Positions 9,270 to 17,179 of a DNA stretch of 24,000 nucleotides are shown piece after piece. The stretch's first letter is position 1. Every line of letters starts with the position of its first letter. A program made the translations under genes and the position numbers. The notes under the pieces were generated by a model. It saw only the letters and a list, made by a program, of their open reading frames with translations. It was not told the DNA's origin and did no database searches. The stretch is from Candidatus Alectryobacillus merdavium (GTDB taxonomy: Bacteria > Bacillota_I > Bacilli_A > RFN20 > CAG-826): assembly GCA_017694735.1 (NCBI GenBank), contig JADIMN010000100.1:3335-27334 (forward strand), given 5' to 3'.

Positions 9270-11194
9270 TGCGAATTAAGCTCCTTTTTAATGTTTACTT
9301 TTTTTAAATACGATTTATAAACTGCAAAGAAAAATTCGATAATTATTAAAAATCCAATAAAAATAAAAGCTATTATAATAAATAAATTAGTGTTTAAATA
9401 ATCGTTGATTTTTATAGGTAAAAAATACTTTACAAAACTAAAAAAACAAATAATCAAACCAATATTGAAAAATATTGAAATTATTATAGGTTTAAGAACT
9501 TCGCTTTTTATGGAATTTAATATATTTTCATCCTTAAAACCAATAACTTTTAAAATAGCTATATTCTTTTTATTAAATAATATTCTTGAAAATATCGAAA
9601 ATCCTAAAACACAAAAAGCGCCAATATAAGAAATAATATTAAAAATCAAAACGAAACTACAGCTTGATAAAATTAGATCCTTAAAACTTTTCCACGAATC
9701 TAAAACTCTGTTTTCTAAGATGTATATTTCATTTGATTCTGGAGATAATTCTAATCTATTAAAATTTCTTTCAAATGCAACTAACTTATATGAACTAATA
9801 TCACTATTATTTTCACTATTTTTAATATATTTATATACATTTGATGTTACCCCTCCATTTTCATTACACTTTATCTTAGCAAAGTCATTTTTTACTTTAA
9901 CATAAGGATAATAAATAACAGGAATATTTATAAGATGAACATCTTTTTTAATATTAAGGTTACTAAAATAATAATTTTTATTTATAGAGTTTGTTAATGT
10001 CTCACCCTCAATATTGTAATTAAGTTCAAAATTTATTGTTATTTCGATATTAGACTTACCTATTGATTGATTAAAACATTCATTGCAAAAGAAATCTTGA
10101 CTCTCAGAATCAAAATAAGGTTCAAAAATTACTGTTTCAAATACTTCATTATTATTAATGTAAAGTGAGCATGAATTAAATATATAATCAAAAGATACAT
10201 CAACGTAACAATCATTAAGCTCAACCATGCTTTGTAATTCGTTTTCTTCTGGTCTTACAACTTGAACAAAGCTTAAATTTTTATTTTCGCTAACATTAAT
10301 TTTCTTTGAAATAGAATAATAATTACAATTAAAATACAAATTTTGAATATTATTATCCAATATGTCAAAAGATTCATTTAATAATACCAAAGCTAAAGAA
10401 ATCACAAACGATATCATTAAAGTAATGAAAATACCTACATTATGAAAAGTATTTGTAAAAATTTTTCCTGCAATTTTAGAAAACTCTTTTTTATTAATAT
10501 TCTTTTCTTTCTTTACTTTTTTAATTTCTGAAGACGAAATACAATTTAAATTAAATAATTCTTTATTTTGAATCTCACCATCTTTTAAGTAATAAATAAA
10601 ATCAGCATATTTATTAACTAATTCCAAATCATGCGAAACAACAATAACTAATTTTTTTAAAGATAATTCTTTTAGCATTTTAAAAATAATTTCGGCATTC
10701 ACACTATCAACACTTCCAGTAGGTTCATCTAAAAAAATTATGTCAGGATCTTTTAATAAAGATCTAATTATAGAAACTCTTTGAGTTTCGCCTCCAGAAA
10801 TTTGAGATATTTTTTTATCCTTTATATTATTTAAATTAAATTTATGCAGCAATTCATCAATATTTTTGCTTGTCTTAATTCCAAGTTTAATATTTTGTAG
10901 TAATAAATTTTCATATACTGTTAATTCTTCGATTAAATTAAAATTTTGAAACGAAATTGAAAAGCTTTTATCTAATACATGAGAATTCTTTTTTATTTTT
11001 TTGTTTTCAAAATAAACACCGCCATCATATTCATGATCAATATTACATAAAATATTTAGCAACGTTGATTTGCCACTTCCAGACTTTCCGCAAATAAAAT
11101 AAAGACCTGTATCTAAAAATTTACAAGAAACATTTTTCAAAATTATAGAGTTTGTACTTTTAATTATTTTAGTTATATTTACTGCTTCTAACAA
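9266..11194 (-). CDS. ABC transporter, fused N-terminal ATPase and C-terminal FtsX/MacB-like permease (component 2)
   Basis: Walker A GKSGSGKST, Q-loop SFQNFNL, signature ISGGETQR, Walker B IIFLDEPTGSVDS, H-loop VSHD; 1+3 TM layout. TTG start preceded by AAGGAGG. TGA stop overlaps the ATG of component 1 (ATGA). Confidence 0.9.
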   Translation of the reverse strand: MLEAVNITKIIKSTNSIILKNVSCKFLDTGLYFICGKSGSGKSTLLNILCNIDHEYDGGVYFENKKIKKNSHVLDKSFSISFQNFNLIEELTVYENLLLQNIKLGIKTSKNIDELLHKFNLNNIKDKKISQISGGETQRVSIIRSLLKDPDIIFLDEPTGSVDSVNAEIIFKMLKELSLKKLVIVVSHDLELVNKYADFIYYLKDGEIQNKELFNLNCISSSEIKKVKKEKNINKKEFSKIAGKIFTNTFHNVGIFITLMISFVISLALVLLNESFDILDNNIQNLYFNCNYYSISKKINVSENKNLSFVQVVRPEENELQSMVELNDCYVDVSFDYIFNSCSLYINNNEVFETVIFEPYFDSESQDFFCNECFNQSIGKSNIEITINFELNYNIEGETLTNSINKNYYFSNLNIKKDVHLINIPVIYYPYVKVKNDFAKIKCNENGGVTSNVYKYIKNSENNSDISSYKLVAFERNFNRLELSPESNEIYILENRVLDSWKSFKDLILSSCSFVLIFNIISYIGAFCVLGFSIFSRILFNKKNIAILKVIGFKDENILNSIKSEVLKPIIISIFFNIGLIICFFSFVKYFLPIKINDYLNTNLFIIIAFIFIGFLIIIEFFFAVYKSYLKKVNIKKELNSQ

Positions 11195-11196
11195 AA

Positions 11197-11225
11197 AAGA
11201 CCTCCTTTATAAATAAGTCGGTCTT
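11197..11225 (-). promoter_or_regulatory. Small inverted repeat in the leader of ABC component 2, overlapping its Shine-Dalgarno
   Basis: AAGACC (11197-11202) / GGTCTT (11220-11225). On the minus-strand transcript this reads AAGACC-N17-GGUCUU, with the second arm overlapping the 3' end of AAGGAGG. Confidence 0.35.
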
Positions 11226-11231
11226 AATTTT

Positions 11232-11456
11232 TTATTTTTCCAAAAATTTTGATTCGTAACTATCTATTTTTCTTCGAACTTTCTTTTCAAATTCTTCTCT
11301 TGGAAACATAATATAATTCCCACACCCCAAACAACGAATCTTTATATCAGCTCCCATTCTAACGATTTGAAAATACTTACATCTACTAGCACAAGGATGT
11401 AACTTTTTCATTTCGACAATGTCATGTAAATCATATTTAAAATTAATCATTTTCAT
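11232..11456 (-). CDS. DUF951 family small protein
   Basis: YDLHDIVEMKKLHPCASRCKYFQIVRMGADIKIRCLGCGNYIMFPREEFEKKVRR matches the DUF951 pattern (MKKpHPCG...W.i.R.GaDiriKClgCgr.vmlpR..Fek). Confidence 0.88.
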   Translation of the reverse strand: MKMINFKYDLHDIVEMKKLHPCASRCKYFQIVRMGADIKIRCLGCGNYIMFPREEFEKKVRRKIDSYESKFLEK

Positions 11457-13053
11457 CCTCCATTAAAACGGCATTTGGAATCTTTGGTAATCCTGGCATA
11501 GTTAAAATATTACCTAAATAAACTACAATAAAACCAGCACCGTTTGATAGAGAAACATCTCTTACAGTTACATCAAAATCTCTAGGAGCATTCAATAAAT
11601 TTTTATTATCAGAAAAAGAATTTTGGGTTTTCGCAATGCAAATAGGTAAATTGGTCTTATTTAATTTTTCTATTTCTTTTATTTTTTCAAATGCTTGACT
11701 AGTATAATTAATATTTCTACAGTGATAAATTTTATGACAAATAGTTGAAACCTTATCTTCTATACTTTGATTTAATTCGTATAAAAATCTAAAGTTTGGT
11801 TTTTTTGTATCAAGCATTTCACAAACTTTACTAGCTAAATCAACAGCACCATCTGCTCCCTTAATAAATGAATCTAAGAATGAATATTGATAAGTATTTT
11901 TTATGCACCATTGTTTTAGAAAATCTATTTCGCTTTGATGATCTGTTGCAAAGTGGTTAATAGCAATTACTACCGGAACTCCATATAATTTCAAATTTTC
12001 TACATGTTGTTTAAGATTAGCAGTTCCAATTTCAAGTGCCTCAACATTTTCTTTTCCTAAAGAATCAAAATCAACTCCACCATGCATCTTTAAAGCTCTA
12101 ATTGTTGCAACTAAAACAATAACATCTGGGCTAAAATCTCCAACTCTGCATTTTATATCTAAAAATTTCTCAGCTCCTAAATCTGAAGCAAAACCAGCTT
12201 CTGTTACAACAAGAGGAGAAATATTTAGAGCCAGATTTGTTGCGATAAGAGAATTGCATCCATGTGCAATATTAGCAAAAGGGCCACCATGAACTAAAAC
12301 TGGATTTTCATTACAAGTTTGTACTAAGTTAGGAAGCAAAGCATATTTCATTAATTTCATTATTGCATTAGAAATTTTTAAATCTTTTAAATAAACTGGC
12401 TCATCATTAAAGTTGTATGCAACAATGATATTTTCTAATCTAGTTTTAAAATCATTTTTGTCTTTTGCTAAACACAAAATAGCCATAAGTTCGCTAGCAA
12501 CAGTAATACAAAAAGAGTCATTTCTTTCTACTCCGTTTTTATCGCCAATTCCAATTCTTATATTTCTTAAAGTTCTATCGTTAATATCAAGCGATCTTTT
12601 CCATAATATTTTATCTGGGTTTATTTTTAATTCGTTCCCCATAAAAATATGATTGTCGATAATTGCACTTATTAAATCTATTGAGGAAGTTAATGCATGT
12701 AGATCACCTGTAAAATGCAAATTAATGTCTTCTTGTGGTTCTATTGTTTCTTTTCCACCACCAACAGCACCACCTTTTAGACCAAAAACTGGTCCTAATG
12801 AAGGCTCTCTTAAACAAGCCATAGCCTTTCTTCCAATTTTATTTAGTCCATCAACTAAACCAATTGTTGTAGCAGTCTTCCCTTCACCAGCTTTTGTAGG
12901 TGTAATGGCAGTAACTAAAACTAACTTTCCTTTTTTATTATTTGAATGTTGTAAAATAAAATCTTCTTTAATCTTAGCTTTATCATTACCATACAATATT
13001 AACTCGTCTTCGTTAATATTAAGTTTTTTTGCAATATCAATTATGTTTTTCAT
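11443..13053 (-). CDS. fhs: Formate--tetrahydrofolate ligase
   Basis: TPTKAGEGKTATTIGLVDGL, REPSLGPVFGLKGGAVGGG, HFTGDLHA, HGGPFANIAHGCNS, TEAGFASDLGAEKF and TMPGLPKIP motifs. Confidence 0.96.
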   Translation of the reverse strand: MKNIIDIAKKLNINEDELILYGNDKAKIKEDFILQHSNNKKGKLVLVTAITPTKAGEGKTATTIGLVDGLNKIGRKAMACLREPSLGPVFGLKGGAVGGGKETIEPQEDINLHFTGDLHALTSSIDLISAIIDNHIFMGNELKINPDKILWKRSLDINDRTLRNIRIGIGDKNGVERNDSFCITVASELMAILCLAKDKNDFKTRLENIIVAYNFNDEPVYLKDLKISNAIMKLMKYALLPNLVQTCNENPVLVHGGPFANIAHGCNSLIATNLALNISPLVVTEAGFASDLGAEKFLDIKCRVGDFSPDVIVLVATIRALKMHGGVDFDSLGKENVEALEIGTANLKQHVENLKLYGVPVVIAINHFATDHQSEIDFLKQWCIKNTYQYSFLDSFIKGADGAVDLASKVCEMLDTKKPNFRFLYELNQSIEDKVSTICHKIYHCRNINYTSQAFEKIKEIEKLNKTNLPICIAKTQNSFSDNKNLLNAPRDFDVTVRDVSLSNGAGFIVVYLGNILTMPGLPKIPNAVLMEDEND

Positions 13054-13070
13054 ATGGTAAACCTCTTTTG

Positions 13071-13766
13071 TTAGTGATTATTATACTTTTCTATAAAGAA
13101 ATTAACAACATAATATCCAATTAATAATCCCGCTGTTGAAGGAGCAAAAATCATTGAGGCAACTCCTTCCTCTCTTTTTTCATAATTACTTGATGAAAAA
13201 CAAACTTTAACTTTTGAAGCATCAAGACCTTCTTTTTTAAGTTCATATCTAAGTTTTCTTGCTAACGGATCATTAAAAGTTTTGTTTAATGAAACTATCT
13301 TTATATTTTCTGGAGATAATCTATTACCCATTCCAAGAGAAGAAATAAAATTAATTTTATTATTTAAACAATGTTTTATTAATAATTTTTTTGCTTTTAT
13401 ATCATCAATTGCATCAATAACAAAATCATATTCATTTAAAATATCAAAATCAAAATTTTCGTTTATTGTTGTATTTATACCAACACTCTTACAATTAGGA
13501 GATAGTAATTTTAATTTGTTTAAACACACTTCTACTTTGCTTTTATTTAAATCATTTATATCATAAAAAAGTTGTCTATTTAAATTAGATAGACATACAT
13601 TGTCAAAATCAATTAATAAAAAATTTAAAACACAGCTTCTAACAAGACTCATTAAAGCAGTGCCACCAACTCCGCCCAAGCCGATTACACAAATTTTAAG
13701 ATTTTTTATAATGTTAAAATTGTCTCTTCCAATAAGATCAATACTCCGTTTAAATATTTCTTCCAT
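13071..13766 (-). CDS. tcdA: ThiF/E1-like protein, likely tRNA threonylcarbamoyladenosine dehydratase
   Basis: FKRSIDLIGRDNFNIIKNLKICVIGLGGVGGTALMSLVRSCV...LIDFDNVCLSNLNRQ...VIDAIDDIKAK...SSLGMGNRLSPENIKI. ATG at 13766 (MEEIFKRS) is preferred over the track TTG start at 13775. Confidence 0.82.
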   Translation of the reverse strand: MEEIFKRSIDLIGRDNFNIIKNLKICVIGLGGVGGTALMSLVRSCVLNFLLIDFDNVCLSNLNRQLFYDINDLNKSKVEVCLNKLKLLSPNCKSVGINTTINENFDFDILNEYDFVIDAIDDIKAKKLLIKHCLNNKINFISSLGMGNRLSPENIKIVSLNKTFNDPLARKLRYELKKEGLDASKVKVCFSSSNYEKREEGVASMIFAPSTAGLLIGYYVVNFFIEKYNNH

Positions 13767-14637
13767 AATTTTCAATTACATAATCATATAACTTTGAACT
13801 ATCATCAAACCAAACAACATTTTCAAATTGATTTTTAAAAAAAGTCATTTGTCGTTTTGCATAGTTTCTTGTATTCTTCTTAATAAGATTAATTATCTCA
13901 CTATCTACAATCCTTAATAAAAATTCCTTATATCCAATAGCAGTTAAAGAGGAAAGAGTGGAAGGATGATTTTTAAAAACATCAATAGCCTCATCTTTTA
14001 AACCATTTTTAATCATTTCATCTACTCTATTATTTATATTTGAATATAAGATTTCTCTATCGATATTCAATCCTAAAAAATGTACATTATCATAAATGCA
14101 TTTATGACTTTGCTTATTTTCAAAGTCAATCTTATTAACTCCATCTGGCAAATTATCTAATATATCTAAAGCATGTATAATTCTTTTTCTATTATTAATA
14201 TGTATCTTATTAGCTGTTTCCTTATCTCTTTGAATTAACATTTGATAAAGTTCTTCATTTGATAACTTTAAGTATTTTTCTTTATTATCTACTTTAAATT
14301 GTACAAAATCATAATCATATAATGCACTTTTTAAATACAATCCACTTCCGGATACAACAACGATATTTATATTTTCTTTAAGTAAATTATCTATGCAATT
14401 CCTAAATATTTTTTGAAAAGAATAAATTGTAAGTGGTTCATCAACACTTTGAATACTATATAAATAATGTTTAACTTTTTTAAAATCTTCTTCACTTGGT
14501 TTTGCAACACCGATATTAAGTTCTTTATATGCTTGATATGGATCTGCATTAACAATAACTCCATTAACAAAACTTGCAATTTTTATTGCAAGTGATGATT
14601 TTCCACTACAAGTTGGTCCGAGCAAAACTATTATCAT
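13750..14637 (-). CDS. miaA: tRNA dimethylallyltransferase
   Basis: P-loop GPTCSGKSSLA, NIGVAKP, GSGLYLKSALYDYDF, KRRIIHALDI, TALSAIGYKE-like segment LTAIGYKEF. Confidence 0.92.
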   Translation of the reverse strand: MIIVLLGPTCSGKSSLAIKIASFVNGVIVNADPYQAYKELNIGVAKPSEEDFKKVKHYLYSIQSVDEPLTIYSFQKIFRNCIDNLLKENINIVVVSGSGLYLKSALYDYDFVQFKVDNKEKYLKLSNEELYQMLIQRDKETANKIHINNRKRIIHALDILDNLPDGVNKIDFENKQSHKCIYDNVHFLGLNIDREILYSNINNRVDEMIKNGLKDEAIDVFKNHPSTLSSLTAIGYKEFLLRIVDSEIINLIKKNTRNYAKRQMTFFKNQFENVVWFDDSSKLYDYVIENYGRNI

Positions 14638-14960
14638 AAAACTAATATATCCTTAATTTCATCAGTTAAAAGAATGATTTCTTTTTTTATATTTTTAAAA
14701 TTTATAATTAAAGGGTGATTATTTATAAGGGTTGAATATTCATCGTATTTAGTTTTGTATTTTTTATATTTTGCCTCATTTTCTTTATATTCATTATAAA
14801 CCATTTTTTGTTTATAATACTTTTTAGCTTTAAAAAAGTTCTGCAATTCCTTATTATTTTTGATGAGTTCAATATATTCAAAATATCGTTTTGAAACTTC
14901 TAAATTAAGAATATCATTTTTTATATTTCTAATATCATCAAAAAAATTTTCAATCATCAC
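14634..14960 (-). CDS. YlbF/YmcA (Com_YlbF) family protein
   Basis: Short helical K/E/Y-rich protein with YlbF-like pattern (V.KRYFEYIELIKNNKELQNFFKAKKYYKQKM...YSTLINNHPLIINFKNIKKEI), adjacent to miaB as ymcA is in Bacillus. Confidence 0.75.
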   Translation of the reverse strand: MMIENFFDDIRNIKNDILNLEVSKRYFEYIELIKNNKELQNFFKAKKYYKQKMVYNEYKENEAKYKKYKTKYDEYSTLINNHPLIINFKNIKKEIILLTDEIKDILVL

Positions 14961-16401
14961 TGACTAGCTCTCCAATAAGCGAATAAGTATGAGATTCAAT
15001 AATTTTCACATTTACAATTTTACCAATTAAAGACGGATCGCCTTTAAAATTCACTAATTTATTGTTTTGATTGTAGCCTGATAAAACATCGCTATTCTTT
15101 TTTGAGACGCCCTCAACTAGTACATCAAAAACTTTGCCAACCATCGCATTTGATTTTTCTTCAATAATTTTTTCCAATTCTTTTACAAGTCTAGTAAATC
15201 TTATACTTTTTTCTTTACTAGTAACATTATCTTTAATCTTTGCTGCAGGAGTTCCAACTCGTGGTGAATAAATAAAAGTAAAAGCACTATCATATTTAAC
15301 TTCTTTTACTAATTTAATAGTATCTTCAAACTCTTCATCACTTTCATTTGGAAAGCCAACAATAATATCCGTAGACAAAGCTAGATTTGGAATTTTCTCT
15401 TTTAGTTTATTTACTAAATCTAAATATTGTTTAGAAGTATATCTTCTATTCATTGATCTTAAAATTGAATCGCTACCGCTTTGAACTGGTAAATGAATAT
15501 ATTTCATAATATTGTCATATTTTGAAATAACATCTATCATCTTGTCATTAAAATCCCAAGGATGAGAAGTTAAAAATCTTAACCTTTTAACACCAGTTTT
15601 AGCAACATCTTCTAAAAGATTAGAAAAATCATAATCTTCATATAAATCTTTGCCATATGAATTTACGTTTTGTCCGAGCAAAGTAATTTCTAAATAACCT
15701 TTTTCTAGTAATCTATTTACTTCACATAAAATATCTTCTTTTCTTCTGCTTCTTTCTCTACCTCTAGTATAAGGAACAATACAATACGAACAAAACTTAT
15801 CACATCCATATGAAACATTTACAAAAGCTTTAAATTTATCATCTCTAGCAGACTGCGAAATTTCATAAACATCACCAGCACTTGATGTTACATCAACTAA
15901 TCTCACGTTTTCTTTAACGGTTTGTTCTAACAAATTTAAGAAATTGTAAATATCGTGTGTTCCAAAAATTAAATCTACTTGTTTATATGTATCAAGAAGT
16001 TTATTAACAATATGAGTTTGTTCAACCATGCATCCGCAAACGACAATTAGCAAATTAGGATTTTTATTTTTAAGTGCCTTTAATGCTCCAATTTCACCAA
16101 ATACTTTATCTTCTGCGTTTTCTCTAACACAACAAGTATTTAATATTATCAAATCGGCATCATCAACAACTTCAGTTTTATTCATTTTTAAACATTCTAA
16201 AAGACCAGCAAGAGTCTCGCTATCTCGCATATTAGCTTGGCAACCATAAGTTCTTATGTAATATTTTTTCCCATCAAAAAAGTTTAATAAAAACTCACTT
16301 GGTTTTACAAGATATTCAAAGTATTCAATATGTTCTTTTTTCTCTCTTGCCTTTTTTAAATCAGGCAATTTTTCAATTTTAATCTCTTTTTTCATCTTCA
16401 A
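14950..16401 (-). CDS. miaB: tRNA-2-methylthio-N6-dimethylallyladenosine synthase (radical SAM)
   Basis: TYGCQANMRDSE, YGCDKFCSYCIVPYTRGRERSR (CxxxCxxC), HLPVQSGSD, TDIIVGFPNE, C-terminal TRAM-like domain. Confidence 0.96.
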   Translation of the reverse strand: MKMKKEIKIEKLPDLKKAREKKEHIEYFEYLVKPSEFLLNFFDGKKYYIRTYGCQANMRDSETLAGLLECLKMNKTEVVDDADLIILNTCCVRENAEDKVFGEIGALKALKNKNPNLLIVVCGCMVEQTHIVNKLLDTYKQVDLIFGTHDIYNFLNLLEQTVKENVRLVDVTSSAGDVYEISQSARDDKFKAFVNVSYGCDKFCSYCIVPYTRGRERSRRKEDILCEVNRLLEKGYLEITLLGQNVNSYGKDLYEDYDFSNLLEDVAKTGVKRLRFLTSHPWDFNDKMIDVISKYDNIMKYIHLPVQSGSDSILRSMNRRYTSKQYLDLVNKLKEKIPNLALSTDIIVGFPNESDEEFEDTIKLVKEVKYDSAFTFIYSPRVGTPAAKIKDNVTSKEKSIRFTRLVKELEKIIEEKSNAMVGKVFDVLVEGVSKKNSDVLSGYNQNNKLVNFKGDPSLIGKIVNVKIIESHTYSLIGELVSDD

Positions 16402-17179
16402 TTAAATTAATCAATTCTCCACTAGTTATTTTATTTGTTTCATCATCTACATGTAAAACAATACCATTAATAATATAAGAGTCTTTTTTGTTTATTTTAA
16501 AAACTGATTTTTCATTTAACAATGTCTTTTTAATTACCGAATTAGGATCTACTCCTAATATAGAATGATAAGCACCACACATACCAACATCACTTATATA
16601 AGCAGTACCATTATCTAATATTTTAAAGTCATTTGTTTGAACATGTGTATGAGTTCCAAGAAAAGCAGAAACCTTTCCATCAAAGTAATAAGCAAGAGAT
16701 AATTTTTCACCCGTTGCTTCACCATGTAAGTCAACTATATGTAAATCAACATCTTCCTCATCACTATTTATCAAATTTTCAAGTGAATCTTTAGGGGAAG
16801 CAATACCAATTTCAGGCATAAAAGTTTTACATAATAAGTTTGTGACTCTGATTTTTTTACCATTTACTTTAAAAACCCTACTTCCTAAACCTAGATTATA
16901 ATTTTCCAGGTTCAAAGGTCTTATTAAAATATCTACTGAATTTATAAAATTATCTATTTCTATTTTATTATGATAATGATTTCCCAAAGTAATTGCATCA
17001 ACACCAAGGGATTTTACAAATAAATAATGATTTTTATTTATTCCTTTACCATGAGTGATATTTTCACAATTTACAATTGTAAAATCTATTGAATATGTAG
17101 ATTTTATTTTTTTAAGTTCACTTAAAAGAGCCTTTCTACCAACCTTGCCAACAACATCACCTAAAAATAAAATATTCAT
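16379..17179 (-). CDS. ymdB: YmdB-type calcineurin-like metallophosphoesterase (TIGR00282 family)
   Basis: MNILFLGDVVGKVGRKAL, NCENITHGKGI, GNH, LHGEATGEK, GTHTHVQT; D8, E39, N40, N67 and H68 sit at the expected positions; adjacent to rny. Confidence 0.9.
   Translation of the reverse strand: MNILFLGDVVGKVGRKALLSELKKIKSTYSIDFTIVNCENITHGKGINKNHYLFVKSLGVDAITLGNHYHNKIEIDNFINSVDILIRPLNLENYNLGLGSRVFKVNGKKIRVTNLLCKTFMPEIGIASPKDSLENLINSDEEDVDLHIVDLHGEATGEKLSLAYYFDGKVSAFLGTHTHVQTNDFKILDNGTAYISDVGMCGAYHSILGVDPNSVIKKTLLNEKSVFKINKKDSYIINGIVLHVDDETNKITSGELINLIEDEKRD

Noticed and set aside
9405-9905. Plus-strand ORFs 9405-9629 and 9720-9905
   Set aside because: Antisense to the ABC component 2 coding region; no SD or family features.
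12413-13060. Plus-strand ORFs 12413-12652 and 12653-13060 (79 and 135 aa)
   Set aside because: Both are antisense shadows of fhs, which has strong motif support across the same interval.
13282-13791. Plus-strand ORFs 13282-13566 and 13600-13791
   Set aside because: Antisense to tcdA and the miaA 3' end; composition typical of reverse-complement translation.
14391-14579. Minus-strand 62-aa ORF inside miaA in another frame
   Set aside because: Fully contained in miaA; low-complexity L/I/K-rich translation with no supporting initiation signal.
16028-16249. Plus-strand 73-aa ORF
   Set aside because: Antisense to the conserved MiaB N-terminal domain.
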